From an uncultured virus (IMG/VR IMGVR_UViG_3300025502_001355) (taxonomy: Duplodnaviria; Heunggongvirae; Uroviricota; Caudoviricetes): DNA of 64,000 nucleotides. Location: the IMG/VR virus record IMGVR_UViG_3300025502_001355. One strand, given 5' to 3'. The position numbers and the translations under genes are program-made. This document shows, piece after piece, positions 1 through 9,037 of this stretch (position 1 is its first letter; each line of letters begins with the position of its first letter). Below the pieces are notes generated by a model, which was not told where the DNA came from, ran no database searches, and saw nothing but the letters and a program-made list of their open reading frames with translations.

Positions 1-93
1 AAGCCAGATTATTTAGATTTAGATGGTGACGGTGACAAAAAAGAGCCAATGAAGAAAGCCGCCAAAGACAAAAAAGCAAAAGAAAACAAGTAG
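1..93 (+). CDS. 3' end of a probable prohead-core/head protein (partial)
   Basis: Frame 1 reads KPDYLDLDGDGDKKEPMKKAAKDKKAKENK*; DxDxDG+KKEPMKKA motif is typical of head-associated proteins in T4-like phages. Confidence 0.55.
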   Translation, partial: KPDYLDLDGDGDKKEPMKKAAKDKKAKENK

Positions 94-102
94 GCTAGTC
101 GA

Positions 103-2004
103 ATGCGTCTAAGGGAGTTTAAAGGACCAGAGAAAAAGGGTATAAATTGGGACAGGATAATAAAAGACAATCCAATTCTTAAAGATATACTAAAAAAAAT
201 TACGCCTGGCACTGTGGCAAAAATCCTTAACCCTAACAAGGTTATGCAACTTATCACCACAATATTTAGTTCCGGCCAATTAAACAAAGGTGAGCAAGCA
301 GAATTAGATAGAATAAAGGATTTGGCAAAGAGCTATGCAGATTTAGAAGATGCGTTTGGTACAGAGGTAGCTCCCAAAACTCTACCAAAGAGATCAAAAA
401 CAAAGATCGAACCAGGTGATACTCCGTTGCCACAAAGGCAAGCAGAGCCGAAGCCAGGTAAGATAGACGTTCCAGAGCCAGTTATACCTAAGGTTGAACC
501 ACAGCCTCTTATTAAACCAGGACTGCTACCAAAGAGATCAAAAACAAAGATCGAACCAGGTGATACTCCGTTGCCACAAAGGCAAACAACACCAACACCA
601 ACACCTGGTAAGATAGACGTTCCAGAGCCAGTTATACCTAAGGTTGAACCACAGCCTCTTATTAAACCAGGACTGCTACCAAAGAGATCAAAAACAAAGA
701 TCGACCCAGGTACTAACGCACCGCCGGTGCGTTCTCAGACGAAGACCTCACAATCAACAACAATAAAAGCACCAACAGTATCAATACCAAAAACAGGTGA
801 ACCAAGTATACGTAATCGTAATCGTAATCGTAATAAATTGACCCCGGTCCTAACACCAGTTGGTGACACGGATACGGGAGTTGATCTCTATGGATGGATG
901 GCTAATCGAGGTTCGTATTATGATTGGGATAAACCCGGAGTGCCTCTTAAAGAACAACAAAGTTACACCAAAGAACAGTATGCAGATCTCGTGCGCAAAT
1001 ACTCTAAACAATATGGTGTGCCAGAATCATTAGCTCTACATGTCCTTAATCGAGAAACAGGAATATACGACCCAAACAAAGCGGCCACGATTAAGAGCAG
1101 AGCGGGGGCAGTAGGACCCATGCAACTACTTCCCCGGTACGCAAAAGACTTTGGTATTAAAAAGCGAGATCTCACTAACCCAGTAAAAAACATTGAAGCA
1201 GGTGTTAGGTATCTTGCAAAGAACTATAATAGGTTTAGTGAGAATCCTCAGCATGCACTTATGGCATATAATTGGGGACCAACAGCAACAGCCAACTGGC
1301 TAGCAAAAGGCGGCAAAGGGAATATACCACAAGAAACACGTGATTACATTTACGGCAGTGAAGAAAAAGGTTGGGCTCCTTATAACGATGATTTTACCCA
1401 ACAGATCAATGCTTATTTAGGAACAAATGCACAATCATATCTAGAAAAACAGACACTCGCTCCACAGCTAGATACAAGAAAACTTGATCCGCAACAAATG
1501 GCAACTGGCGCCGCGCAAGGATTCGATACAATAGCACAGACTGCACAAGATTATGCTAAAAAAGGGTATGATTATGTTGCTCCTATAGCAAAAGATTTAG
1601 GTAAGGCAGCTGGCACCATTGGCAAAGAAGTATACAAAAAAGATATAGAGCCTGTGTTTAAAAAAACTTCAGATTATTTGAATAAAAAATGGCAAGACTT
1701 TAAAACGGACGCAATGGCAACAAGTGCCGGAACAGACACAGCCACTATTGCAGGAGCAGGCGATACAGGTGAGTTGCCAGATGTTATAGAACCACGTTCA
1801 CCAGCGCCTCGACCACAAACACAGGGTGGTCCTATTAGGGATAAAGCAAAAGAATCTGCGCCACCAGGCGACAAGTATGAGCGCATGGTTAAAGATATTA
1901 AAAAAGGCTATACCAAAGACGGCAAGTTAACCGACACAGAACGGGGTATAGCCTACGCTACAGCATGGAATTTGTACAATAAGCGTAAAGGCAAAAAGAG
2001 CTAA
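103..2004 (+). CDS. Lytic transglycosylase (SLT domain) protein with Pro-rich repeats, probably virion-associated
   Basis: Catalytic RET, AGAVGPMQL, NIEAGVRYL and ALMAYNWG motifs of the SLT/GH23 fold. Confidence 0.8.
   Translation: MRLREFKGPEKKGINWDRIIKDNPILKDILKKITPGTVAKILNPNKVMQLITTIFSSGQLNKGEQAELDRIKDLAKSYADLEDAFGTEVAPKTLPKRSKTKIEPGDTPLPQRQAEPKPGKIDVPEPVIPKVEPQPLIKPGLLPKRSKTKIEPGDTPLPQRQTTPTPTPGKIDVPEPVIPKVEPQPLIKPGLLPKRSKTKIDPGTNAPPVRSQTKTSQSTTIKAPTVSIPKTGEPSIRNRNRNRNKLTPVLTPVGDTDTGVDLYGWMANRGSYYDWDKPGVPLKEQQSYTKEQYADLVRKYSKQYGVPESLALHVLNRETGIYDPNKAATIKSRAGAVGPMQLLPRYAKDFGIKKRDLTNPVKNIEAGVRYLAKNYNRFSENPQHALMAYNWGPTATANWLAKGGKGNIPQETRDYIYGSEEKGWAPYNDDFTQQINAYLGTNAQSYLEKQTLAPQLDTRKLDPQQMATGAAQGFDTIAQTAQDYAKKGYDYVAPIAKDLGKAAGTIGKEVYKKDIEPVFKKTSDYLNKKWQDFKTDAMATSAGTDTATIAGAGDTGELPDVIEPRSPAPRPQTQGGPIRDKAKESAPPGDKYERMVKDIKKGYTKDGKLTDTERGIAYATAWNLYNKRKGKKS
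382..711 (+). repeat. Intragenic tandem repeat, about 2.3 copies with 144 and 150 bp periods
   Basis: CTACCAAAGAGATCAAAAACAAAGATCGA starts at 382, 526 and 676; encodes LPKRSKTKIEPG...PKVEPQPLIKPGL. Confidence 0.9.
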
Positions 2005-2027
2005 ATACACTATCCTAGGGGAAACAA

Positions 2028-2789
2028 ATGAAAGATTTAAACGATTTATTAAAATTATCTGGTATGACCCAGCTCAACGAAAGTGTTGAAGTTGAGGAAG
2101 CATACGCTAACGAACCAGATGAAGAGTATCAAACAGTTGACACTATTATACGTCAAGGTACAGACCTAAACAGAGAAAAGCGACAGCACCCAGTTGCTGG
2201 GTTTACAGGTGACAATCCGCTTGCTGAAGAAGAAAGCGATGAAGATGAAGTACGTGAACTTGTGCTTTTTATTGACAACGATAGTCAACTATACCAACAA
2301 CAAGGCGAGCCTATCATGCGTAACCTTTCACGCAAGTGGGACAAAGGCATTTATGATCATGACCTAGCACAAAAGCTATGGTACTACCTAGCAGTTAACG
2401 GTGCTAAGAAGTATGGACAAGAACATGGCACAGGCAACGGTCTAAAAATGTTTAGTCCTGCTGTGCGTAGAGCAGCCGCTAAAGAGATGGCTGACAACTG
2501 GATGGAAGAGCTAAAAGCTGGCAACAAGATGGATGAAGCTGAAGAAGATTTAGAAGCAATGTTGGCTGAAATCTTAATTGGTGAAGAATCTGATGAAGAA
2601 GTCAACAGCAGACCTACCAGAGGTTATGTTAGTAACAAACTAGAAAAGACAGTTGCTGACATGGAAAATAGGGCTGATGGCGGTGCACATGCAGGTTTTG
2701 AACCAGTGAGCATAACAGTCCCATCTCCAGTTAAAGGACAAGAAAACGATCCAGTAACAGCTAAATTTTACCAGCACAGAGACAAGTAA
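2028..2789 (+). CDS. Acidic hypothetical head-associated protein
   Basis: TAAATA at 2002 plus SD; N-terminal LLKLSGM and repeated LxE sites. Confidence 0.55.
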   Translation: MKDLNDLLKLSGMTQLNESVEVEEAYANEPDEEYQTVDTIIRQGTDLNREKRQHPVAGFTGDNPLAEEESDEDEVRELVLFIDNDSQLYQQQGEPIMRNLSRKWDKGIYDHDLAQKLWYYLAVNGAKKYGQEHGTGNGLKMFSPAVRRAAAKEMADNWMEELKAGNKMDEAEEDLEAMLAEILIGEESDEEVNSRPTRGYVSNKLEKTVADMENRADGGAHAGFEPVSITVPSPVKGQENDPVTAKFYQHRDK

Positions 2790-2794
2790 ACACA

Positions 2795-4210
2795 ATGAAA
2801 ACATTTAACGATTATCTAATAGCAGAAGAACACGCCAACGAAACCCCTAGCGTTGGTGATGTTTTTGAAATTGAAATGGCTCGTGACGAGACTTTAATTG
2901 AAACCACTGTAGTAGAAGTTTTAGAAGATGGTATTGTAATCAACGCAGATGACGCTGTTATGAAAATGTTTGAAGACGCTGGATACTTGCAAGAGTACAA
3001 TACTGGCATGCCAGCACCAAGCGGTGGTAGTAAGAGTGCCATGGGCAGTGCTTATAAAAAAGCAAACACCCAGCAGTCTAAGCCAGGCGAGTTGGCAGAA
3101 GGCAAGATGAAAGAATTACTTGGCGATATTAACGAACTCACACACGATGAGTTCAGCGGCAAGTACAACATGTCCAAAGACGAAGCAAGAGAAAAGTTTG
3201 ACATCAAAGATGAAGAAGAACTTGATGAAATGTCAGCCATGCGTCGATTGGCCGGTATGATGCAAGACAAAGAAAACATTAAGAATACACGTATTCCCGG
3301 TCATGACGAACGCAGAATACAAGTTGATCTAATAGACCTTACTGATGAAGAATTTGAAGCCAAGCATAAAATGTCAAAGGCAGAAGCAGGTGAAAGGTTC
3401 AACGAAGCAAGTGATGCTAGTGCAGAAGAGGAAGATGATTTCCATACTGAACTAGATGATCTTGTACATAAAACATTTGGACACAGCTCAGACGAAAAGA
3501 AAAAGAAAAAGAAAAGCAACAAACCATATGACTTGTACCACAAAACATTCTCTGATGCTATGCAACATGCTTATGCATACGCAATGGAAAATCTTGGTAT
3601 TGAGATTGATCCAAATGAGATTGATAACGAAGTTGCAATGGGTCCCCCAAAACCAGCCACTGGTAAAACAAACTCTTACCGCCTATTAGGAAAAGATGGA
3701 AAGAAGGCTATTCAAGTACAGGTTTACAACACAGGTAACTCGTACGAATTGAACATGTACAAAGAACAAATTAACGAAGCAGATGTTGATAAAGGGTACA
3801 TCAATATTGGTGGTGCTAGAGTAAAAGCTGATAAGGCTTCTATACTACAACATTTTAAGAAAACATTTCCTAATGTAACTAAAATTAAAAAAGATCCACA
3901 GCATGGTTGGGTTCCAGTTTTTGATAATGAGCTAGACGAAGCAGAATACCAAGGTCGTGAAGTTACACTTAACAAGCCAACACGTGGTGATGTTAAAAAG
4001 TCTAAGGTATATGTTAAAGATCCAAAGACAGGCAACGTAAAAAAAGTCAACTTTGGACACGGCGGTACAAGTGCTAAACGTGCCGGCCAAAAAACAATGA
4101 GTATTAAAAAGAGTGATCCAGCAAGAAGAAAGAGTTTTAGAGCAAGACACAATTGTGATAATCCGGGACCAAAGACCAAGGCTCGCTATTGGAGTTGTAG
4201 GGCTTGGTAG
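2795..4210 (+). CDS. Modular acidic head-associated protein with a basic C-terminal phage domain
   Basis: N-terminus MKTFNDYLIAE resembles the T4 capsid-targeting sequence; internal duplication LTxxEFxxKxxMSKxEAxExF; C-terminal KKVNFG...RKSFRARHNC...ARYWSCRAW. Confidence 0.6.
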   Translation: MKTFNDYLIAEEHANETPSVGDVFEIEMARDETLIETTVVEVLEDGIVINADDAVMKMFEDAGYLQEYNTGMPAPSGGSKSAMGSAYKKANTQQSKPGELAEGKMKELLGDINELTHDEFSGKYNMSKDEAREKFDIKDEEELDEMSAMRRLAGMMQDKENIKNTRIPGHDERRIQVDLIDLTDEEFEAKHKMSKAEAGERFNEASDASAEEEDDFHTELDDLVHKTFGHSSDEKKKKKKSNKPYDLYHKTFSDAMQHAYAYAMENLGIEIDPNEIDNEVAMGPPKPATGKTNSYRLLGKDGKKAIQVQVYNTGNSYELNMYKEQINEADVDKGYINIGGARVKADKASILQHFKKTFPNVTKIKKDPQHGWVPVFDNELDEAEYQGREVTLNKPTRGDVKKSKVYVKDPKTGNVKKVNFGHGGTSAKRAGQKTMSIKKSDPARRKSFRARHNCDNPGPKTKARYWSCRAW

Positions 4211-4271
4211 TGTAGTACATTTAGTAATATAAAATAATAATAATTACAGTAATTCAAAAGGAGCAATCAAG

Positions 4272-4754
4272 ATGCAACACAATGAGTATGACGTAGTCGT
4301 CATTAAAGTAGTTGATGGCGATACCGTAGACGTAGATATCGATTTAGGATTTGGCGTTTGTCTTAAGGACGAGCGTGTACGTATTATGGGTATTGATACC
4401 CCGGAGTCAAGAACAAGTGACCGAGTAGAGGACTTGTTTGGTGAAGCAGCCAAAGCAAGACTAAAAGAACTTATGAAACACGGTGGTAAACTTATTACCA
4501 CAGAAGACAAAAGTGGCGAGGATATGAAAGGCAAGTTTGGACGTATCCTAGGCGACTTCAAAGTAGAACACAACGGCGAAATGAAACGTGTAACTGAAAT
4601 CATGGAAGCAGAAGGACATTGTGTTCCTTACTTTGGCGGAAGCAAAGAAGATACACAAGCCGCACATGAAGTAAACAGAGTGCGTCTACTAGCAGAAGGC
4701 ATTGTTACTCAAGAAGCGTATGAAAAAGCAGTCAAACAAATGGAAAAGAAATAA
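4272..4754 (+). CDS. Thermonuclease (staphylococcal nuclease-like)
   Basis: VVDGDTVD, RVRIMGIDTPE and GKFGRILG motifs; SD AAGGAG. Confidence 0.85.
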   Translation: MQHNEYDVVVIKVVDGDTVDVDIDLGFGVCLKDERVRIMGIDTPESRTSDRVEDLFGEAAKARLKELMKHGGKLITTEDKSGEDMKGKFGRILGDFKVEHNGEMKRVTEIMEAEGHCVPYFGGSKEDTQAAHEVNRVRLLAEGIVTQEAYEKAVKQMEKK

Positions 4755-5370
4755 CTTAGAAATTGTAGTCTGTGGCGACAGTTTCTGTTCACGTGATGAG
4801 AATGCACCAGGCAAACACTTCAGTGAACAACTTGAAGGCACAGTAACCAACCTAGCACGTGGCGGGATATCCAATTCCGCCATTTTTATGCAACTACACA
4901 AAGCATTAACACTAGATCCAGATGTAATCATCTATTCTGTTACAGACCCTGCCAGGATGACAGTACCAGCAAAACCAAATTGGAATGCACAGTTTTCCAC
5001 GGGCGATCCACTAGCAAACATCAGATACAAAGTAGACGGACCAGAACCTTTTGTGAGCCATACTATCCCTTGTATAATGGGAGAAATGGATTTAGGCTTA
5101 GACCCTGCTGTAATTGACGCTGTTAAAAGTTATTTTAATGTATTGTATGATGCAATGTTGCAGGACTTTTTGGATAGAGAAATGTTTGCAGGGTACAAGA
5201 GTCGTGCCAAACAGCAAAACATACAGGTAATCAACCTTAACAATCAAGTCACTGAAGTGTACGATGAAGCAAGAGATCTAAACGACGATCCTGTGCCTGA
5301 AGTGTTTCACACTACCTACCCTACCCAAACGGTAGCCGCTGAGAAGATTATGAACTTGATCAACACATAA
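4720..5370 (+). CDS. SGNH/GDSL-like hydrolase (start uncertain)
   Basis: VCGDSF block I, NLARGGISN block II, C-terminal FH. Confidence 0.5.
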   Translation: MKKQSNKWKRNNLEIVVCGDSFCSRDENAPGKHFSEQLEGTVTNLARGGISNSAIFMQLHKALTLDPDVIIYSVTDPARMTVPAKPNWNAQFSTGDPLANIRYKVDGPEPFVSHTIPCIMGEMDLGLDPAVIDAVKSYFNVLYDAMLQDFLDREMFAGYKSRAKQQNIQVINLNNQVTEVYDEARDLNDDPVPEVFHTTYPTQTVAAEKIMNLINT

Positions 5371-5378
5371 ATAATAAT

Positions 5379-5570
5379 ATGACTATAGCAGAACTACAAC
5401 GGTTAGCAGGCATTACTGAGAAGAAGAAATCAAAGTCTTTCAGTAACATCAGTTATACTGCGGCCGAAAAAGCTAAAATAATGAAAAAAAGAAAAATTAA
5501 ACCAGGCACGCCTGAATGGTTTAAGTTGTGGTTTTCGAGACCCTATCTCACAGGCGAAAAACCTTACTAA
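5379..5570 (+). CDS. Small late protein
   Basis: TAAATA at 5368, 5 nt before ATG; ELQRLAGI motif; IKPGTPEWFKLWF. Confidence 0.65.
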   Translation: MTIAELQRLAGITEKKKSKSFSNISYTAAEKAKIMKKRKIKPGTPEWFKLWFSRPYLTGEKPY

Positions 5571-6094
5571 GCAACCTTTGCTTTTATACCTAAATACTGT
5601 TCCCACTTAGGGTCTTTGATTTCTACATGACTGTTGCGCCATGCTGATGCTAGTCCCCAATAGTCTGGTTTAAACGGTTTGCGTATCGGCTTTCTCAGTT
5701 TATCAGCCTTGCGACTATTGCAACTCTTACATGAAGTTACACAGTTCTCCCACGACGTTTTGCCATTTAGGCTACGTGGGATAACATGATCTATGGATAA
5801 ATCTTTGAAGTCAAACGTATCTGCACAGTACTGACACTGATATAAATCACGCAAATAAACATTTGTTCTACTGAAACGTACATAACGTTTAGGATTAAAG
5901 TATTCCTTGGTAACTGCTACACTAGGCACATTTAAGGTAAGTTTTTCGCTGTTTATGTGCCAATCAGGATAGGTTTCCAGCACTTGTATGCGGCCTAAGA
6001 ACATCAATTTAACTGAGTGGTGCCAATGTATTACAGACAGCGGCAGTACTGAAATGGGGGTGTAATCTTTGTTTAGTAGCAGAGTATCTGACAT
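5567..6094 (-). CDS. HNH endonuclease (McrA-like)
   Basis: RD..CQYC, SIDHVIPRS.NG, WENCVTSCKSCN; start taken at MSDTLLLN. Confidence 0.85.
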   Translation of the reverse strand: MSDTLLLNKDYTPISVLPLSVIHWHHSVKLMFLGRIQVLETYPDWHINSEKLTLNVPSVAVTKEYFNPKRYVRFSRTNVYLRDLYQCQYCADTFDFKDLSIDHVIPRSLNGKTSWENCVTSCKSCNSRKADKLRKPIRKPFKPDYWGLASAWRNSHVEIKDPKWEQYLGIKAKVA

Positions 6095-6122
6095 AAGTAC
6101 TGTATATAAAGTATATATCATT

Positions 6123-6770
6123 ATGTCAAACGAAGCAAACATTATTAAGTCTCCTTACCAGAAGGTAAGCTTCACAGAGGAGCAAATACAGGAATTCATG
6201 AAGTGTGCAGACCCAGACACCGGGCCGACCTTCTTTATGAGTAACTTCTTTAATATACAGCACCCCACAAGAGGTAAGATGCTGTATAAGCCATTTGAGT
6301 ACCAGGATAGACTGATCAACGCTTACCATACAAACCGATTCAGCATTAGTCTTATGCCCAGGCAGACTGGTAAAACAACCACTGCCGCTGGGTACCTGCT
6401 ATGGCGGGCCATGTTTAACCCAGATAGCACAATTCTTATTGCCGCACACAAGTACACAGGTGCGCAAGAGATTATGCAACGTGTTAGGTATGCATACGAA
6501 CTTTGCCCGGACTATATACGTGCTGGTGTTGTTAGTTACAACAAAGGCAGTATAGACTTTGAAAACGGATCACGTATTGTTTCACAAACAACCACCGAAA
6601 CAACTGGACGAGGTATGAGTATTACACTGCTATATTGTTTAGGTGGAGACACTATTGTTCGTATTCGAAACAAACAAACGTTGGCAGAAGAAGATATTAC
6701 ATTAAAGGATTTATGTATTAAACTTTATAGTCCAGATGAATATTCAGGTGATGAATTTGCATTCGTATAA
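6123..6770 (+). CDS. terL: Terminase large subunit N-terminal half fused to a split-intein N-fragment
   Basis: gp17-like YQ adenine motif, Walker A PRQTGKT, GRGMSITLLY, then intein block A CLGGDTIV. Confidence 0.92.
   Translation: MSNEANIIKSPYQKVSFTEEQIQEFMKCADPDTGPTFFMSNFFNIQHPTRGKMLYKPFEYQDRLINAYHTNRFSISLMPRQTGKTTTAAGYLLWRAMFNPDSTILIAAHKYTGAQEIMQRVRYAYELCPDYIRAGVVSYNKGSIDFENGSRIVSQTTTETTGRGMSITLLYCLGGDTIVRIRNKQTLAEEDITLKDLCIKLYSPDEYSGDEFAFV
6636..6767 (+). mobile_element. Split intein N-fragment (IntN, 44 aa)
   Basis: Cys1 interrupts Walker B LLY|CDE; CLGGDTIVRIR...ITLKDL matches the intein N-terminal motifs. Confidence 0.85.
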
Positions 6771-6773
6771 ATA
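6766..6773 (+). promoter_or_regulatory. T4-like late promoter TATAAATA for the endonuclease/TerL-C unit
   Basis: Exact TATAAATA overlapping the TerL-N stop codon, 4 nt before ATG 6778. Confidence 0.7.
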
Positions 6774-6777
6774 CAGT

Positions 6778-7671
6778 ATGAACAAACTAGAGCAATTTAA
6801 ACGTAGAAATCAAAAAAGAAACTCGCAACTATATTCAGATTACTTAACAGAAAATATAGATTATATACTTTGTCCAGTAAGTAACGAGCGATTAAGTATG
6901 ATAAAAACAACATACATTGAACGTGTACTAGAGATGACCGTAGCAGAATATGACAAATTGTTCCCTGGTGTTAGAGGTGTAACGCCCGCCCGCCGAAAAA
7001 ATATCAAAGATGGCTTAAAAGAAATAGATAAGACTAGTGGATTAACGAAGCACCAGCTGGCATGTGTTAAATCAAAACAGACATTATCCAGTCTGGATTC
7101 AGACGGTGTATCAGGATACGCCAAACTAGGCAAAAAGACCCGTGCTACTCATATGAACAATATAGACCAATTTGGCAGAAACGGTTATTCACAATTAGCA
7201 ACACATGCTATTGTAAAAGGCAATAACACTAAGGTTAAGAAAGGAATTATATTAGATCCTGCACTACGAAACGAATTTTACCGTTATAAGTCAATAGTAT
7301 TATATCTTACCGAAAAACAGCGATCAGCTATAACAACTGGATACAAAACAGGAGTTGCTGGAGTTGCTGGGGCCTACCATATAGACCATATATATTCTAT
7401 ACTACAAGGATATAAAGATAATGTTAGTCCATTATTGATAGGTAGTAAAAGTAATTTACAAATGTTGCCTTGGCATGATAATTTATCAAAACATGGTAAG
7501 TGTACTATAACCTTGGATACTTTATTCAACCGTGCTAGTTATAATATAGATAGATCAAAAAGTGAATTTGATGTTTTTTTAAATATGATTCGTTATGACA
7601 TAAAAGAATCTGCATTGGTTAGTGGTGCAATGCTAATAGAGAGGTTTAATGAAACAAACTTACGCACCTAA
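6778..7671 (+). CDS. Free-standing putative HNH homing endonuclease inside the fractured terL
   Basis: YHIDHIYS...SNLQMLPWHDNLSK HNH-type motif; located between the two intein halves. Confidence 0.72.
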   Translation: MNKLEQFKRRNQKRNSQLYSDYLTENIDYILCPVSNERLSMIKTTYIERVLEMTVAEYDKLFPGVRGVTPARRKNIKDGLKEIDKTSGLTKHQLACVKSKQTLSSLDSDGVSGYAKLGKKTRATHMNNIDQFGRNGYSQLATHAIVKGNNTKVKKGIILDPALRNEFYRYKSIVLYLTEKQRSAITTGYKTGVAGVAGAYHIDHIYSILQGYKDNVSPLLIGSKSNLQMLPWHDNLSKHGKCTITLDTLFNRASYNIDRSKSEFDVFLNMIRYDIKESALVSGAMLIERFNETNLRT

Positions 7672-7984
7672 TACAGAATACCAAATTTTTACACCCAACG
7701 GTTGGGAAGATTTTGAAGGCATTTTTGTAAATGAAACTGCAAATAAAGACTCTCGAAAAATAACATTTAATGATGAGTCGTTTATTATTGCTACCCTTGA
7801 GCATCGATTTTTTATCAGTAATACTGAAATTAAAGTAAAAGATATTGTACTAGGTGATAAATTAGATTCTGAAAATACTATTAAAATAGTAACAGCATTA
7901 GAAGATATGGTATTAGAAGACACATACGAAATATTTAATGCAGAGAATCATGTCATACTAGCAAATAAGATTAATTCTCATCAA
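7649..7984 (+). mobile_element. Split intein C-fragment (IntC, 112 aa, ends His-Gln)
   Basis: Block B ATLEHRF, block F TYEIFNAENH, block G NSHQ followed by +1 Cys. Confidence 0.87.
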
Positions 7985-9037
7985 TGCGACGAGTTCGCAT
8001 TTGTTCGACCCACCATTGCTAGAGAGTTTTGGACATCCATATCACCCACACTTAGTACTGGTGGTCAAGCAATCATTACATCAACACCAAACAGTGACGA
8101 AGATCAGTTTGCGTTTATATGGAAACAAGCCAACAAGAGTGTAGACGAGTATGGTAACCCAACCAAAAACGGGTTAGGTATTAATGGTTTCTATGCGTAC
8201 AAGTCAGACTGGTGGGAACATCCTGACAGGGATGACAAGTGGAAAGAAGAGGAAATGGGGCGTATCGGTGAAGAACGCTTCAGACGAGAACACGGATGTG
8301 AGTTCTTAATTTACGACGAAACACTGATTAACAGCACCACACTGATTGACATGGAAGGGAAAGGTCCCATAGAGAAACAAGGACAAGTGCGTTGGTATAA
8401 AAAACCTCAAAAAGGCAAAACATACGTAATTGGGTTGGATCCAAGTCTTGGCACAGGTGGTGATCCCGCGGCTATACAAGTATTTGAATTGCCTACAATG
8501 ATACAATGTGGCGAATGGCAACACAACAAAACACCAATACAAAGACAAATTGGTATCCTAAAGGAAATTTGTGACTACATTGCGGAAATGACACAAACAC
8601 CCAATAACATTTATTATAGTATAGAAAACAACACACTTGGCGAAGCAGGACTGGTAGTGATCAGTGATATGGGTGAAGAGAACATCAAAGGCACATTTTT
8701 AAGTCAGCCTGTTACCCCGGGTTCGTCTAGACTACACAGAAAAGGGTTTACTACTACAAATAGGTCTAAGCTAACAGTGTGTGCAAAGTTTAAAAGTTTG
8801 ATCGAAAGTAAGAAAATGATTATCAACAGTCAAAACTTAATTAGTGAACTTAAAACATTTGTGGCGCACGGTGCTAGTTTTAGCGCAAAACAAGGCGAAC
8901 GTGATGATTTGGTCATGGCCAGTTTATTGGCATTAAGAATGACACAGGCACTACAGAGTTTTGACAGTGAACTAGATAGTCACATGCGTGATGGTGCAGA
9001 TGATTTCCAAGCGCCGATGCCCTTTATAATGATATGA
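7649..9037 (+). CDS. terL: Split-intein C-fragment fused to terminase large subunit C-terminal half
   Basis: After SHQ comes CDEFAFV (Walker B), ITSTPN coupling motif, RNase H-like GLDPS and DDLVMA; SD AGAGAGG. Confidence 0.92.
   Translation: MKQTYAPNTEYQIFTPNGWEDFEGIFVNETANKDSRKITFNDESFIIATLEHRFFISNTEIKVKDIVLGDKLDSENTIKIVTALEDMVLEDTYEIFNAENHVILANKINSHQCDEFAFVRPTIAREFWTSISPTLSTGGQAIITSTPNSDEDQFAFIWKQANKSVDEYGNPTKNGLGINGFYAYKSDWWEHPDRDDKWKEEEMGRIGEERFRREHGCEFLIYDETLINSTTLIDMEGKGPIEKQGQVRWYKKPQKGKTYVIGLDPSLGTGGDPAAIQVFELPTMIQCGEWQHNKTPIQRQIGILKEICDYIAEMTQTPNNIYYSIENNTLGEAGLVVISDMGEENIKGTFLSQPVTPGSSRLHRKGFTTTNRSKLTVCAKFKSLIESKKMIINSQNLISELKTFVAHGASFSAKQGERDDLVMASLLALRMTQALQSFDSELDSHMRDGADDFQAPMPFIMI

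Noticed and set aside
382..711. CRISPR-like repeats
   Set aside because: Intervening sequences are also duplicated and in frame within a CDS; no unique spacers or cas genes
6636..7984. Group I intron or frameshifted pseudogene as the explanation for the broken terL
   Set aside because: Both flanks are fully occupied by intein-motif coding sequence, leaving no room for a ribozyme core; each half has its own start and intact catalytic motifs
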